From the IMG/VR virus record IMGVR_UViG_3300021962_000055, positions 28,848 to 92,847 of that record: 64,000 bases of DNA. One strand, written 5' to 3'. This stretch comes from a virus. Numbering within the stretch: the stretch's first letter is position 1; each line of letters begins with the position of its first letter. The notes under the pieces were generated by a model, which did not search any database, was not told the DNA's origin, and saw only the letters and a program-made list of their open reading frames with translations. Positions 46,880-56,453 of this stretch are shown piece by piece. Made by a program: the position numbers and the translations under genes.

Positions 46880-47793
46880 TATGCCGCCTCGTAAATAATG
46901 TGACCGCTAATAACATCTCCTGTGGTAATAGCGATTGCACCACTGCCAAAATAGTTGCTATTAGCGTGTGGAATCAATCCTACTTCCGTAGAACTATAAG
47001 CAAACGCTATGCCCGAATAGTGGACATTGGCACTCTGATCATAGATATGCATATTTCCCGCAATAGCATAGGTTGCATTCGCCTGAAATGTTTGAGGCAA
47101 ACTAACCCGCACGGCATTTCCCGCTGTGCCAGTTCCTGAAATCAACAACGCAAACTGCCAGTTGATCATTTTGCCTATTTGGGCATAACGGCTAACATAC
47201 GTTCCGAAAGTAACGTTTACACCTTGGTTGATTGTGGTAGTAAAAGAAGTCCATCCAGTATTGGATCCTCGGGCACTGGTAAATGCCGCAAGGTCACCCG
47301 TAGTGTCAGGTAAGGTTATTGTGCGGTCAGCCGTCAAAGTAGTCGGTTGCAAAGTCACCTCATACGACGACGTGCCACCAGCACGACCAGCGAGAGCAAC
47401 ACCATCCTGAGTAGCACCAGAGCGAGCAGTAATTGTACCAATAACATCTAACGCCGTACCGGGAGATGTTGTATTTACACCAACACGGTTGTTGGTTGAA
47501 TCAACTTTTAGCGTGTTGGTGTCAACTGTTAGATCACCAGAGACTGCCAAAGACCCCAGCGTGCCAACGCTCGTGAGAGATGATGCAGTTACATTTGAGG
47601 CCAAGGTTGCGCCAGTGATGTCGGATGCGTCTGTTGCATAAAGAAGCGATGTCCATGCGGTGGAACCTGTGCCAACCTTCAATTTTCCGGTATCGGTTTC
47701 GAATCCGATCTCACCAGCGGCAAGGGTAGGGTTCACTGAAGTCCAGTTGGCGGCGGTGTCCCGCCGTACTTGAATTAATGCATTACGAGCCAT
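46879..47793 (-). CDS. fibre protein with Mtd_N domain
   Basis: IQVRRDTAANW...NP.LA.GE.GFETDTGKLKVG. Confidence 0.85.
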   Translation of the reverse strand: MARNALIQVRRDTAANWTSVNPTLAAGEIGFETDTGKLKVGTGSTAWTSLLYATDASDITGATLASNVTASSLTSVGTLGSLAVSGDLTVDTNTLKVDSTNNRVGVNTTSPGTALDVIGTITARSGATQDGVALAGRAGGTSSYEVTLQPTTLTADRTITLPDTTGDLAAFTSARGSNTGWTSFTTTINQGVNVTFGTYVSRYAQIGKMINWQFALLISGTGTAGNAVRVSLPQTFQANATYAIAGNMHIYDQSANVHYSGIAFAYSSTEVGLIPHANSNYFGSGAIAITTGDVISGHIIYEAA

Positions 47794-47965
47794 CTGTTAT
47801 CTCCGGGTTCCAAGGTTCGGGGGTGTTGCCTTCTTCTAGCCATTCTAGGTAACGCTGATAGTCGGGGTTGCCTTCATCCATCGGGATTTGCGCTCCGTCC
47901 TCACGACGCAACACGGTGATCTCTATGCCTTCAGGGTTTGCAAGTGCATGTAAATAATGTTTCAT
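47783..47965 (-). CDS. fibre assembly chaperone-like small protein
   Basis: IP.D..N.DYQ.YL.W...GNTP. Confidence 0.7.
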   Translation of the reverse strand: MKHYLHALANPEGIEITVLRREDGAQIPMDEGNPDYQRYLEWLEEGNTPEPWNPEITDGS

Positions 47966-49158
47966 TACAACTCCGAATCACAAGTCCAATGACCACCTGT
48001 ATTGCAAGCAACAAAATTACCTCCACCAATAGCAACGTATCCGCGACAACCAGCCTCAGAAAAATTGTCAGATGTTACTACTGGTGTTGTTGTTCCACCA
48101 TTATATGCAACATCCCACGACCCACTTGTTCCATTTGTTCTATAAAACGTCATCGTGTATGAACTATATCGTTTTTGTACAGCAAATTGAACTCTGAACA
48201 CCATACTGCTTGCGCCGTTTGATGTCCCAGCGTACTGCGCAAAACCGTTGGTTGTGTTTGACCCTGGTGCATCGGATTGTCTATATGTTTTTTCAAAGTA
48301 TCGCTGGCACAACGCCAACTCCACCCCAGGTGAACGACGCTCAAACGGGGTTGCAACGGAGCCTAATTCAAGTTGGACACCAGTAATACCAACATAGTAA
48401 TGACCGTTAGTGTTGAGCGTAAGTTGCAAATAACTGTTTGCACCCACGGTTTTTCCACTAATTGACGGCAACGTGAGCGTTTGAGACACCCGCACCCAAC
48501 TACTAGTGGTAGCCACATTGGAAAAGTTTGTTGTTACTGCCGTAGAACCACCAGAACCAAAGTTCTGTGTGAGGGAAGAAACGATAACGTTGTTGCCATA
48601 ACCAAAGTTGTTTACCCAATAAGAAAGTGTAACTGTTTGTCCAGCAAATGTGCGAACATCTTCAATACGCTGACTGAAAATATTTGGGTAATTTATATTA
48701 CTGAAACTTCCCATAAAATACTGTCCGTCGTATCCACTAATTCCGCCAATCGCCAAGTTCTGTCGCTCCATAATGTTGGTGCCGCCAGCCGAGACGGTAC
48801 TCCCAATCCACCTATCTGCGGCTGGGTAATAAGCAAACGTATATAAATAGTTGAAAGTTGATCTCTGCCATACGTCGAAACCACCGTTGATTATCGCATT
48901 ACGATAGCCGTGAAAAGGAGACAGGTAGTTTGTTCCCTGAAGAAACTGTGTGGACTGAGTGGTGCCTGTTACATCAAGCGTGTACGCAGGGGACTGGTTG
49001 TTGATACCAACCCGCGTGTTGGTGGAGTCTACCTTCAGTACGGTCGGGGACAGTGACGCACCGTAAGCTTTCCAGACGGTTCCGTCCCAAATCCAGGATT
49101 TGCCACCCTCGGTGTATATCATTCCGTTAAACGGTGAGTTAGGGAAGTCAATCGCCAC
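47965..49158 (-). CDS. fibre / receptor-binding protein with carbohydrate-binding-like domain
   Basis: GTG start giving MAIDFPNSP; N.IINGGFDVWQR...GVQLE.G..ATPFE.R....EL..CQRY. Confidence 0.8.
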   Translation of the reverse strand: MAIDFPNSPFNGMIYTEGGKSWIWDGTVWKAYGASLSPTVLKVDSTNTRVGINNQSPAYTLDVTGTTQSTQFLQGTNYLSPFHGYRNAIINGGFDVWQRSTFNYLYTFAYYPAADRWIGSTVSAGGTNIMERQNLAIGGISGYDGQYFMGSFSNINYPNIFSQRIEDVRTFAGQTVTLSYWVNNFGYGNNVIVSSLTQNFGSGGSTAVTTNFSNVATTSSWVRVSQTLTLPSISGKTVGANSYLQLTLNTNGHYYVGITGVQLELGSVATPFERRSPGVELALCQRYFEKTYRQSDAPGSNTTNGFAQYAGTSNGASSMVFRVQFAVQKRYSSYTMTFYRTNGTSGSWDVAYNGGTTTPVVTSDNFSEAGCRGYVAIGGGNFVACNTGGHWTCDSEL

Positions 49159-49300
49159 TTGGCACCCCCGGCAACATGAAACCGCCCTCACTTATGGGTG
49201 TTTGAGCCAATTCGCGTACCCTTAAAAGATTGGCGTACTCTTCATCGTTCATGGGGCGAACTAGGTCGCCAATTTGAATAAGAGGGCGTTCTGGTTCCAT
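49148..49300 (-). CDS. 50-aa fibre chaperone-like protein (MEPERPLIQIGDLVRPMNDEEYA...)
   Basis: TAATG coupling; not in ORF track. Confidence 0.55.
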   Translation of the reverse strand: MEPERPLIQIGDLVRPMNDEEYANLLRVRELAQTPISEGGFMLPGVPSGD

Positions 49301-50181
49301 TACGAGTTCCTATATCCGTAGACGCGAATAGTACCGCCAGTAAACGTACCTGCGGTAGCACTTAGCGTAAAATCGGTAAACGAAGTAAATGCCGCATGAA
49401 CTCCTGATGCATGACCAAACCCGGCGTCGGGCCACGCAATATAAGCACTTGTTTCCATACGGGTATGTCTGGTCAAAAACGGAGTAAATAATTTAAAATG
49501 AGCGTATGCGTCGTTCCCAGACCCACCACCAATCCACGGAAAACCCGCTTGTGTTGACGTAGTCGCCGCCAATGGCGTTGTGCTATTGACATTATATAAA
49601 AGCGTTGTTCTATAGTTTGTTGTTGCTGAACCAAGTTGACAAAAGAATTGAGCGTCCGTACCAGCCAGTGCAGTTCCAGTATAAATAATTTCATAATTAT
49701 CGTATGTAGACGAAAATGCGTTAGTAACAACAACGCTAGATGCGTTGCTGGTAACTGCTTGTGCTTTAACCAAAACCAAACCTGGCGCAAGACTGGCCGA
49801 CATCGCCGTCACCAAATTGCCGTAAGTGATCTTGTTCGCCGCCGTCGCACTCGACGGATTATCAACCACTGGAAACACGTCGTCGCTCGTCAAGCTCGTC
49901 ACCGCCGACAACGCGGTCACCTGCCCCGGTTGTAACGCCCCAGCAATATCAGTCGCGTTACCAATCTCCACCCACGTTGAGTCGTACCGTAAAAACCAAC
50001 GCCCCGTATCAGATTCATACCATTGGTCGCCGGTTTGTGGTGAAGATGGTTGGGAGTCTTGAACATAAATGTTTGGACTAGGAAATCTAACTGACCATGT
50101 AGAGCCGTCCCATACCCATGAACGAGACCCAACAGTAAAAACTTGATTAAGGGTAGGGCTATTCGGGAAGTCAATTGCCAT
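49300..50181 (-). CDS. fibre / receptor-binding protein
   Basis: MAIDFPNSP N-terminus; C-terminal GTIRVYGY domain. Confidence 0.75.
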   Translation of the reverse strand: MAIDFPNSPTLNQVFTVGSRSWVWDGSTWSVRFPSPNIYVQDSQPSSPQTGDQWYESDTGRWFLRYDSTWVEIGNATDIAGALQPGQVTALSAVTSLTSDDVFPVVDNPSSATAANKITYGNLVTAMSASLAPGLVLVKAQAVTSNASSVVVTNAFSSTYDNYEIIYTGTALAGTDAQFFCQLGSATTNYRTTLLYNVNSTTPLAATTSTQAGFPWIGGGSGNDAYAHFKLFTPFLTRHTRMETSAYIAWPDAGFGHASGVHAAFTSFTDFTLSATAGTFTGGTIRVYGYRNS

Positions 50182-50960
50182 TACACGCCCCCAATATCTT
50201 CAATCAACAAAAAATGTTTATTAGTAGTATCATCGGATGCAAGATTTATAGTTCCAGAAACAGTACCTATTGTCACAGTTACAGTTTGTGATGTTCCATT
50301 TCCGGTGACGACATATGACCCTTCGGCATGCGGGTAACCAATCTCGCTTAAGTCTTGTGTTCTGTGGTTGCCTAAACTTGTTGTGTTTGTTGTAATGATA
50401 TGCCGACCACTCGCTACTGATGTAGTCAAATGTGTGGTTATTTTATATCTTCGATTAGAAGTTGCCGTAAAAGTTGTAGTGAGCCCAGAAACTACATTAC
50501 TTGTAATAGTATTACTTGTAGAAGTTGTGTAAGTTACTAGGCCCCAGGCAGTGTTCCATGGCCTAGATGCCATTGTTGCAATCTGTGTCGTGTTAGTGCC
50601 AGCAGAAGCGGTTGGGGCAGTAGGGGTACCAGTAAAAGCAGGGCTAGTACCAAAACTGGTTAACGACGACGACACCACGTTGCTGGCGAGTGTTGTACCA
50701 GTCAAATCATTAGCATTTGTAATAACGGTTCCAGCGGTAGTAATTTCTACCCAAGCATTATCGTAGTAAACCAGCCACCTACCAGTGTCGGATTCAAACC
50801 ATTGGTCACCAATGTTTGGTGACGCCGGTGGTGTATCAGAGATGGTCAGGTCTGGGGAAGTGCCATAACCGGCCCAGAAAGTGCCGTTCCACTGCCAAGT
50901 TTTGCCGCCAACAGTGTACAAATCACCATTTGTGGGGCTATTCGGGAAGTCAATCGCCAT
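50181..50960 (-). CDS. fibre / receptor-binding protein
   Basis: MAIDFPNSP N-terminus; FTGTPTAPTA..GTNTTQIAT repeat. Confidence 0.75.
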   Translation of the reverse strand: MAIDFPNSPTNGDLYTVGGKTWQWNGTFWAGYGTSPDLTISDTPPASPNIGDQWFESDTGRWLVYYDNAWVEITTAGTVITNANDLTGTTLASNVVSSSLTSFGTSPAFTGTPTAPTASAGTNTTQIATMASRPWNTAWGLVTYTTSTSNTITSNVVSGLTTTFTATSNRRYKITTHLTTSVASGRHIITTNTTSLGNHRTQDLSEIGYPHAEGSYVVTGNGTSQTVTVTIGTVSGTINLASDDTTNKHFLLIEDIGGV

Positions 50961-51805
50961 TACGCACTACCTCCGTCTAATCCTCCGTACGATGGTGTCA
51001 TCGTGTCAATCCAGTAAGAATCATAGTATACAAGGAGGTTTCCTGTGTCTGATTTAAACCATAGTTGTCCGACATACGGAGATGCTGGCGCGGTATCGGA
51101 TGTGGTAACAACTTTACGAGATACCCACAACGACCCGTTGTACCCGAGAAACTCACCAGAGTTGGGAGACGGCAAACTGACGTTGTGCAACTCATCCAAT
51201 TCGTAACCGTTTTGAGTAGCAACGTAGATAATTCCGTTGTTGGTGGCTCGGACAACGACACCGATAAAAACAAGGTGGTCGGGGGCTGTGGGCTTGGTTT
51301 TAGTAAACGCACCGTTGGTCCCCAACCACAAGATGTCTCCAGCGGTGTACCCCGTCGAAAGGTCGATACCATCGACATACCCACGAGTAATAATTGGACC
51401 ATTGTTACTGGCAGTAATGTCAGCACCAGCGACACCAATGGTCTTAGATGAAGTGGTGTCACTAGTGTTATCGGCCCTCTTAACAGTAGCGTGGTCACCA
51501 GTAGCACCGTACAGGTACACGCAGGTACCAGTTGTAATCGTGGTCGATTCAGCATTACGCACATAAGACACCAGCGGGATGTGGCTGTTTACCCACGACG
51601 TACCGTTATACGAAAGTCCTTGAAACTCCTCGGGAGCCGTAACTACAACATCGGAAAGATCATCCAGTGCACCAACACTGGACCCACCGCCAGCGGAGGC
51701 TGCACCGAACTTCGTCCCGTTGTACTTAAGAACATCACCGGTTACTGCCCCAGCCGTATCAATTTCTATGCCCTTTACAAAAAGGGACTTTAGAAAGTTA
51801 GCCAT
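50960..51805 (-). CDS. virion structural protein (capsid-cement-like domain plus fibre motifs)
   Basis: I..G..VY..GA...IGV....I.....G.....G; LDDLSDV/LDELHNV repeats. Confidence 0.6.
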   Translation of the reverse strand: MANFLKSLFVKGIEIDTAGAVTGDVLKYNGTKFGAASAGGGSSVGALDDLSDVVVTAPEEFQGLSYNGTSWVNSHIPLVSYVRNAESTTITTGTCVYLYGATGDHATVKRADNTSDTTSSKTIGVAGADITASNNGPIITRGYVDGIDLSTGYTAGDILWLGTNGAFTKTKPTAPDHLVFIGVVVRATNNGIIYVATQNGYELDELHNVSLPSPNSGEFLGYNGSLWVSRKVVTTSDTAPASPYVGQLWFKSDTGNLLVYYDSYWIDTMTPSYGGLDGGSA

Positions 51806-51824
51806 ACGGCTCCTTTAAGTTTTA

Positions 51825-53048
51825 TCAGCCTACGACAACTACACGATACTGGTTGGAAGTTGGGGCTGTCGAGAACTCCAAGGTTACAGTTGAAGTAGTA
51901 GCATTCTTGACATCAGGGAAAACTTGTTGGTAGGGGCTTCCAGCTTCGTACACATACACCTGCACGTCCCGAGTTGAAAGGCTGTGGGTTACAGTGTAAG
52001 TGGTATTAGAACCATCGCCTACGTTAGTGGAGTACTTGGTGGTGGCCCCAAGGTTTGCACGAGCAGTAGCGGCATCGGTTGCGCCAGTACCACCGTAGGA
52101 CACTCCGACGGCGGTGCCTTGCCAGACGCCCGTTCCAATGGTTCCGACGCTGGTCAGGCTAGAGGAGGTTACCCCAGAACCAAGGGCGCTACCACTTAGA
52201 ACTTGGGTCCCGTTGATATAGTAAGCCTTGCCGGTGAGCAAGTTCATGTGCTCCGACGAGGTCCATGCGTCAGTGGAGTCAACCCAGTTAAAGGTCTTAT
52301 CGGTTGCGCCGTTTAGGGTGATACCACCACCATCTGCGGCGGCATCTGAGTTGTTACCGTCAGCAAGAATGATGTTCTTGTCGTTGACTGTCAGGGTCGT
52401 TGAGTCAATCGTGGTCGTGGTTCCCTCAACAGTCAGGTTACCCTTTACAACGACTGTACCAGCGGCGTTACCTACGTTAACTGTAGTAGCTGCACCGGCA
52501 AAGTTAACGGTGGTTGCGGTGGTGTTTACCAGGTCAAACGTGGTACTCGACGTAGTTATTGACGTTACAAATGAAGGACTGGTGTTGAACACCAAATACC
52601 CAGAACCGGTCTCATCGGAGATTACTCCTGCCAGAGATGAAGACGTGGTCGACGCAAACTGACCAAGGCCAGAGGTAGTTACGGCTACGTTAGTGATGGC
52701 CCCGGTTGCACCGTTAACACTGGTAACACCGGTGCTAGAAGTCAAGTACGTGCTGGTGTCGACAGACCATGTACCAGATCCGTTTGTCTTTAGAAAACCA
52801 GAGGTTCCGGTAAGAGCGGCAATTGAGGCGAGATCGGCGTCGTATGGTTGCCAAGTACCAGATCCACCGGCGGAGACGGTAACCCAGTTAGTACCATCGT
52901 GGTATTTGAGGACATTGGCCCCACCGCTGGTATCGAAATAAATACCACCGGCCTTGGCGTTGGTCGAGGGGGCGGTACCTGCGTTATGTACAACGGCATT
53001 GAGTAATTCGTTACCGGACAGGTTTACGTTATTTAAAAACTTAGCCAT
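51825..53048 (-). CDS. fibre-like structural protein
   Basis: GNLTVEGTTTT, GGTGA.....AR.NLG; Ser/Thr/Gly-rich. Confidence 0.7.
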   Translation of the reverse strand: MAKFLNNVNLSGNELLNAVVHNAGTAPSTNAKAGGIYFDTSGGANVLKYHDGTNWVTVSAGGSGTWQPYDADLASIAALTGTSGFLKTNGSGTWSVDTSTYLTSSTGVTSVNGATGAITNVAVTTSGLGQFASTTSSSLAGVISDETGSGYLVFNTSPSFVTSITTSSTTFDLVNTTATTVNFAGAATTVNVGNAAGTVVVKGNLTVEGTTTTIDSTTLTVNDKNIILADGNNSDAAADGGGITLNGATDKTFNWVDSTDAWTSSEHMNLLTGKAYYINGTQVLSGSALGSGVTSSSLTSVGTIGTGVWQGTAVGVSYGGTGATDAATARANLGATTKYSTNVGDGSNTTYTVTHSLSTRDVQVYVYEAGSPYQQVFPDVKNATTSTVTLEFSTAPTSNQYRVVVVG

Positions 53049-53054
53049 GGTGCC

Positions 53055-53477
53055 TCACGATAGGTAGGCCTTGCCGCCAAAGGTGGCGGAAAAGGAAATT
53101 GTTAGAGAGTTTAACGACACATATGTTACATCACCTATTACTACGTTTTCCCCGTTATCTACGACGTTAACGGAAGGGTAATAACCCAAGTTGTGATTAA
53201 TTGTCCACGTAGAAGCGGACACACTTTGTGTGTGGGTATAGAACCCACCCGAATCCCCCTGTAGACCCTGGGGACCTTGTGGGCCTTGTGGGCCCTGCGC
53301 GCCTTGTGGGCCCTGAACGCCAGTAGGTCCTTGGGCAATCTTTTCAACAATTGAAGTCTTGGTATCAGAGACCGTTACTGATGACCTGGGCTTTTGTGAA
53401 ACTACCTCAACAGTATTTGGGCCGTTCTTGACTACCTCGATAGAACCCTTATTGTTATCAACGTATACCGTTCCCAT
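53055..53477 (-). CDS. collagen-repeat structural protein
   Basis: About 9 Gly-X-Y triplets then WTINHNLG..P.V.V.D domain. Confidence 0.8.
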   Translation of the reverse strand: MGTVYVDNNKGSIEVVKNGPNTVEVVSQKPRSSVTVSDTKTSIVEKIAQGPTGVQGPQGAQGPQGPQGPQGLQGDSGGFYTHTQSVSASTWTINHNLGYYPSVNVVDNGENVVIGDVTYVSLNSLTISFSATFGGKAYLS

Positions 53478-54211
53478 TATGGCTTCACCGACACCGAAGG
53501 TTCAACTACGAGGGCACCCCTAGTCAACCTACTCCAGTCTCCACCAGAGTCCTGTACAAAGATGTCAAAGTCATACGATCCGGCTGCAATTGTGTTTGTG
53601 TTTGACACATGGACAATCAAACTTGCCCCTGTAGCTGGGGAAATGTAACCTCGACGGTTAGCGGTCAAACCTTCGATGGTTGCTTCATTGGGGGGTGTGG
53701 AATACCAACGAAGATCAAGAACAACGGTTCCCGATGAGTTGGCAGCCTGCATGTAAGCGTTCTGTACCGTGACAATGTCACCATCAGTGTCTCGCCATGT
53801 GAATGTACGATAGAAGTCTTCGCCCTCACTAAACCTGAGTTCCATGTAATCAATCTCCTCCAACGGCGTAATTGTCCCGACATCGGTAACAACAATTGTA
53901 CCTTTAGCCACTGGGGTGGTCACGTTTGATATGACCCCATTGGCGATAGACCTAATCGGAAGAATAGCCATGACGTCAAATTCCAAAGTACCTACTGGTA
54001 GGTCTTTAGTTTCTTCTTCCGAGAGAGATATGACAATACCACCCTCGGTTGTAATGGTGGTTGTTAACTCCGCCCTGGTGACGTCCCCAGTTTTGATTAG
54101 CCCCCAGGAGTCGGAGGGCTTAACAATGCGATGGCTATCCTTATCTTTAACCATGATAAGGCGCTCCCAAGGCAATCCCTTGGTAATTCGGTACTTGAGC
54201 TCGTTGGGCAT
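53477..54211 (-). CDS. structural adaptor protein with two tandem Ig-like repeats
   Basis: T..L..G..DFD......GxxxV pattern occurs twice. Confidence 0.55.
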   Translation of the reverse strand: MPNELKYRITKGLPWERLIMVKDKDSHRIVKPSDSWGLIKTGDVTRAELTTTITTEGGIVISLSEEETKDLPVGTLEFDVMAILPIRSIANGVISNVTTPVAKGTIVVTDVGTITPLEEIDYMELRFSEGEDFYRTFTWRDTDGDIVTVQNAYMQAANSSGTVVLDLRWYSTPPNEATIEGLTANRRGYISPATGASLIVHVSNTNTIAAGSYDFDIFVQDSGGDWSRLTRGALVVEPSVSVKP

Positions 54212-54230
54212 ACCACCATTCTAACGCATA

Positions 54231-54267
54231 AATAAAGTGGGTGGACCGCCCGCAGACGGCCCACCCA
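54231..54267 (-). terminator. intrinsic terminator closing the membrane-protein operon
   Basis: TGGGTGGGCCGTC-tgcg-GGCGGTCCACCCA then CTTTATTT. Confidence 0.65.
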
Positions 54268-54286
54268 GTAGAGCACTCAGTGTTTA

Positions 54287-54547
54287 TTATACAGCTTTTG
54301 ATTTACGCTGTGTGGGCTTCGTGGGGCGAGAGGCCTCCAAAAATGTCACCCGTGTGTCGAGACGGTCCACTTTACCATCAAGTCTGTCTACTTTTCCGTC
54401 AACCCGATCCACCTTGGTTTCGACCCTTTCTAGGATCTCCATGGACCGCCCGTGCTGTTCGGTGTTTCTTTTGTCGAGCCGGTTAAGGAACCACATTACC
54501 GGACCACCAATCAGCGCTACCACAATCGGGATGTAGACAGGTTCCAT
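54287..54547 (-). CDS. single-pass membrane protein with heptad coiled coil
   Basis: N-terminal TM; KVDRVDG/KVDRLDG repeats. Confidence 0.75.
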   Translation of the reverse strand: MEPVYIPIVVALIGGPVMWFLNRLDKRNTEQHGRSMEILERVETKVDRVDGKVDRLDGKVDRLDTRVTFLEASRPTKPTQRKSKAV

Positions 54548-54846
54548 CAGTCTTTGTCCTCCTGCTTGCTAGCGGACATGGCTCGTCCAGCGGCCAGGCC
54601 GGTTAGGGCGCCACCGATGCTGAACATCAGGGGCTCAAGGATCTTTAGAAACGCAGCATCATTCGGGGATTGCTCTGAAGGTTGGTACACAAAAATCAAC
54701 GAGTACAACAACGCGCAAACGCTGAACATCAATACACCGGCCAGGGTTAGGATTACTACCGCCCGTGTACGGGCCTCCAGTTCCTCAGGGGAGAGGCGCT
54801 TCCTGCGTTGGATAACTGGTCGTTGGGGTCTGGTTTCTTGGGTCAT
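54547..54846 (-). CDS. two-TM membrane protein
   Basis: Two hydrophobic helices; TGATG coupling. Confidence 0.75.
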   Translation of the reverse strand: MTQETRPQRPVIQRRKRLSPEELEARTRAVVILTLAGVLMFSVCALLYSLIFVYQPSEQSPNDAAFLKILEPLMFSIGGALTGLAAGRAMSASKQEDKD

Positions 54847-54919
54847 CTGCGGGGTTCCTATATCTATCCGAACATGAAGTAACTGCCAGTAAGGTAAATA
54901 TTAGTACATATTTTCTCAC
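54785..54919 (-). CDS. 44-aa putative lipoprotein
   Basis: GTG start after GGAGG; MRKYVLIFTLLAVTS-C lipobox. Confidence 0.6.
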   Translation of the reverse strand: MRKYVLIFTLLAVTSCSDRYRNPADDPRNQTPTTSYPTQEAPLP

Positions 54920-55095
54920 TTGGCCTCCCCATCGTCTTTTGTAAAAAGAACACCCAAAAAATGGGCAATTAGACACACACCAGATATCCACAAACCAATC
55001 GCCTTGGTTGCGCCAGAAAGTGTAATTAGGACTAAGGCGGTGCCGCCCAGGGTCCACGAAAGTGAAGAGGTTTCTTTGAAAAGCTTCTTAATCAT
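54916..55095 (-). CDS. 59-aa two-TM membrane protein (MIKKLFKETSSLSWTLGGT...)
   Basis: ATGA/GTGA overlaps on both sides; not in ORF track. Confidence 0.65.
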   Translation of the reverse strand: MIKKLFKETSSLSWTLGGTALVLITLSGATKAIGLWISGVCLIAHFLGVLFTKDDGEAK

Positions 55096-56303
55096 TTGAT
55101 CTTCCTTGAGCTTGTCGGTACAGGGGCTGCAAAACTAGCTATTGCGGCAGCAACTACTACTCGTCGTGTACCAACTGGGACGGCCGACCCGGTCGGAACA
55201 TACGAGTCGAACTGGCCTCCGAATACGTTGATCTGGGTTTCGAACTCTTCTTTGACGTCCTCGGGGGCGTTGGTTAGAGCCTCTGATAGGGCCTCAGCCT
55301 GGTCGTCGGAAAGCTCCTCGGGAACAATCGCGTCAATAAGTTCTGCTACCTGATCATCAGATAGTTCATCTAGTACATCTTCGCTAAAGACAGCGGTGAT
55401 GGATTCCTCGGTTAGTGAACTTACTTCTATAGATTCTACTAGGTCGTTAAGCTCTTCGCTAGATAGGTCAGCCAGTTCTTCTTCAGAAATCTGTGGGCCA
55501 TTCTCCACAGGCACAGTCGTCGTTGTGGTCGTGCTGGTAGACGAACTGGTTGACTCCGGTATGGAGGTGCTCGTAGACGTTGAGACGACCGTTGTTGTAG
55601 TGGAGGTAGAAGGGGGGAGCGTTGGGGGGGTTGCAGGTGGGGCAATCGGCAACGAGGGAGTCGTCGTAGTAGGTACCACAGGGGCAGTGGGTTCGACCGG
55701 GGTAACAGATGTAACAGTCGTTTCCACAACAGTCGTCGTCGTCTCTGGAGCTAAAGAGCTCGTAGTAGTCGTCGTGGAGGGGGGTTCTGTTGTCGTTGTC
55801 GTGGTAGTTGGTGGTTCGGTGACAGGTACAGTCGTTGTTGGGGCAGTGGTAGTACTGGTCGTCGTCGTAGTTGTGGATGTTGTAGTTTCCGGCCATGTCG
55901 TTGTTGTCTCTGGGGCGTTAGTGGGGGTGGTGTTTAGTTCAACTCGGTATGACGTACCATACCATGCGTCGGGATTTCCACAACACACACCTGTGCGAAG
56001 CCTATACGAGCCCGGTTGGACGGGTATTTCAATCCAAGAGTCCAGCCCGAAGTAATCATCATTTTGGGCAAGTAAGACACCGTTTGCGTCGTACAACCAG
56101 AGCATGGAGTCAATGCTGTATTCCCATGCGTAAGTGCGAACCTTGAAGTCTGAAGGTTCCGTGTAGGTAAACCAGAGGTCATTTGCTCCGGTAACCGTAT
56201 AAGTTGTAGGCTCGGCTCTCGCTGTGTTTACTGGAAAGATTGCTAAAACAAATAATGACCACTTTGAAATACCCATGATACTTCGAAGTACGTTTTTAAT
56301 CAA
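55092..56303 (-). CDS. exported surface protein: signal peptide, PPC-like beta domain, Thr/Pro mucin-like stalk, acidic repeats, C-terminal hydrophobic segment
   Basis: ARA-E cleavage site; DSMLWLYD..G..LAQNDD; about 135-aa Thr-rich tract. Confidence 0.8.
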   Translation of the reverse strand: MIKNVLRSIMGISKWSLFVLAIFPVNTARAEPTTYTVTGANDLWFTYTEPSDFKVRTYAWEYSIDSMLWLYDANGVLLAQNDDYFGLDSWIEIPVQPGSYRLRTGVCCGNPDAWYGTSYRVELNTTPTNAPETTTTWPETTTSTTTTTTSTTTAPTTTVPVTEPPTTTTTTTEPPSTTTTTSSLAPETTTTVVETTVTSVTPVEPTAPVVPTTTTPSLPIAPPATPPTLPPSTSTTTTVVSTSTSTSIPESTSSSTSTTTTTTVPVENGPQISEEELADLSSEELNDLVESIEVSSLTEESITAVFSEDVLDELSDDQVAELIDAIVPEELSDDQAEALSEALTNAPEDVKEEFETQINVFGGQFDSYVPTGSAVPVGTRRVVVAAAIASFAAPVPTSSRKIK

Positions 56304-56437
56304 TATACTCCCTCACAGCAAGCGTCTCGGCGTCCACAATCCCTACACTTATAGTGTGCGTGTTCTGGTACAAGCTGGCCGCCACAGTAAACGCACTGCG
56401 TGGAGGTATCACATTGTTGAGCTGGTGGTTCGTTCAC
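56300..56437 (-). CDS. 45-aa Cys-rich zinc-ribbon peptide (CVYCGG.L.PEHAHYKCRDCG..D.CCEG)
   Basis: Stop overlaps TTG start of next gene; two CxxCG motifs; not in ORF track. Confidence 0.6.
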   Translation of the reverse strand: MNEPPAQQCDTSTQCVYCGGQLVPEHAHYKCRDCGRRDACCEGVY

Positions 56438-56453
56438 TTATCAATTGTATCAG

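Noticed and set aside
44308-47793. Diversity-generating retroelement suggested by Mtd_N domains
   Set aside because: No reverse transcriptase and no template/variable repeat pair differing at adenines seen in this window
55396-56055. 219-aa Val-rich + strand ORF or DNA tandem repeat
   Set aside because: Antisense of the Thr-rich stalk; the codons vary, so the repetition is at protein level
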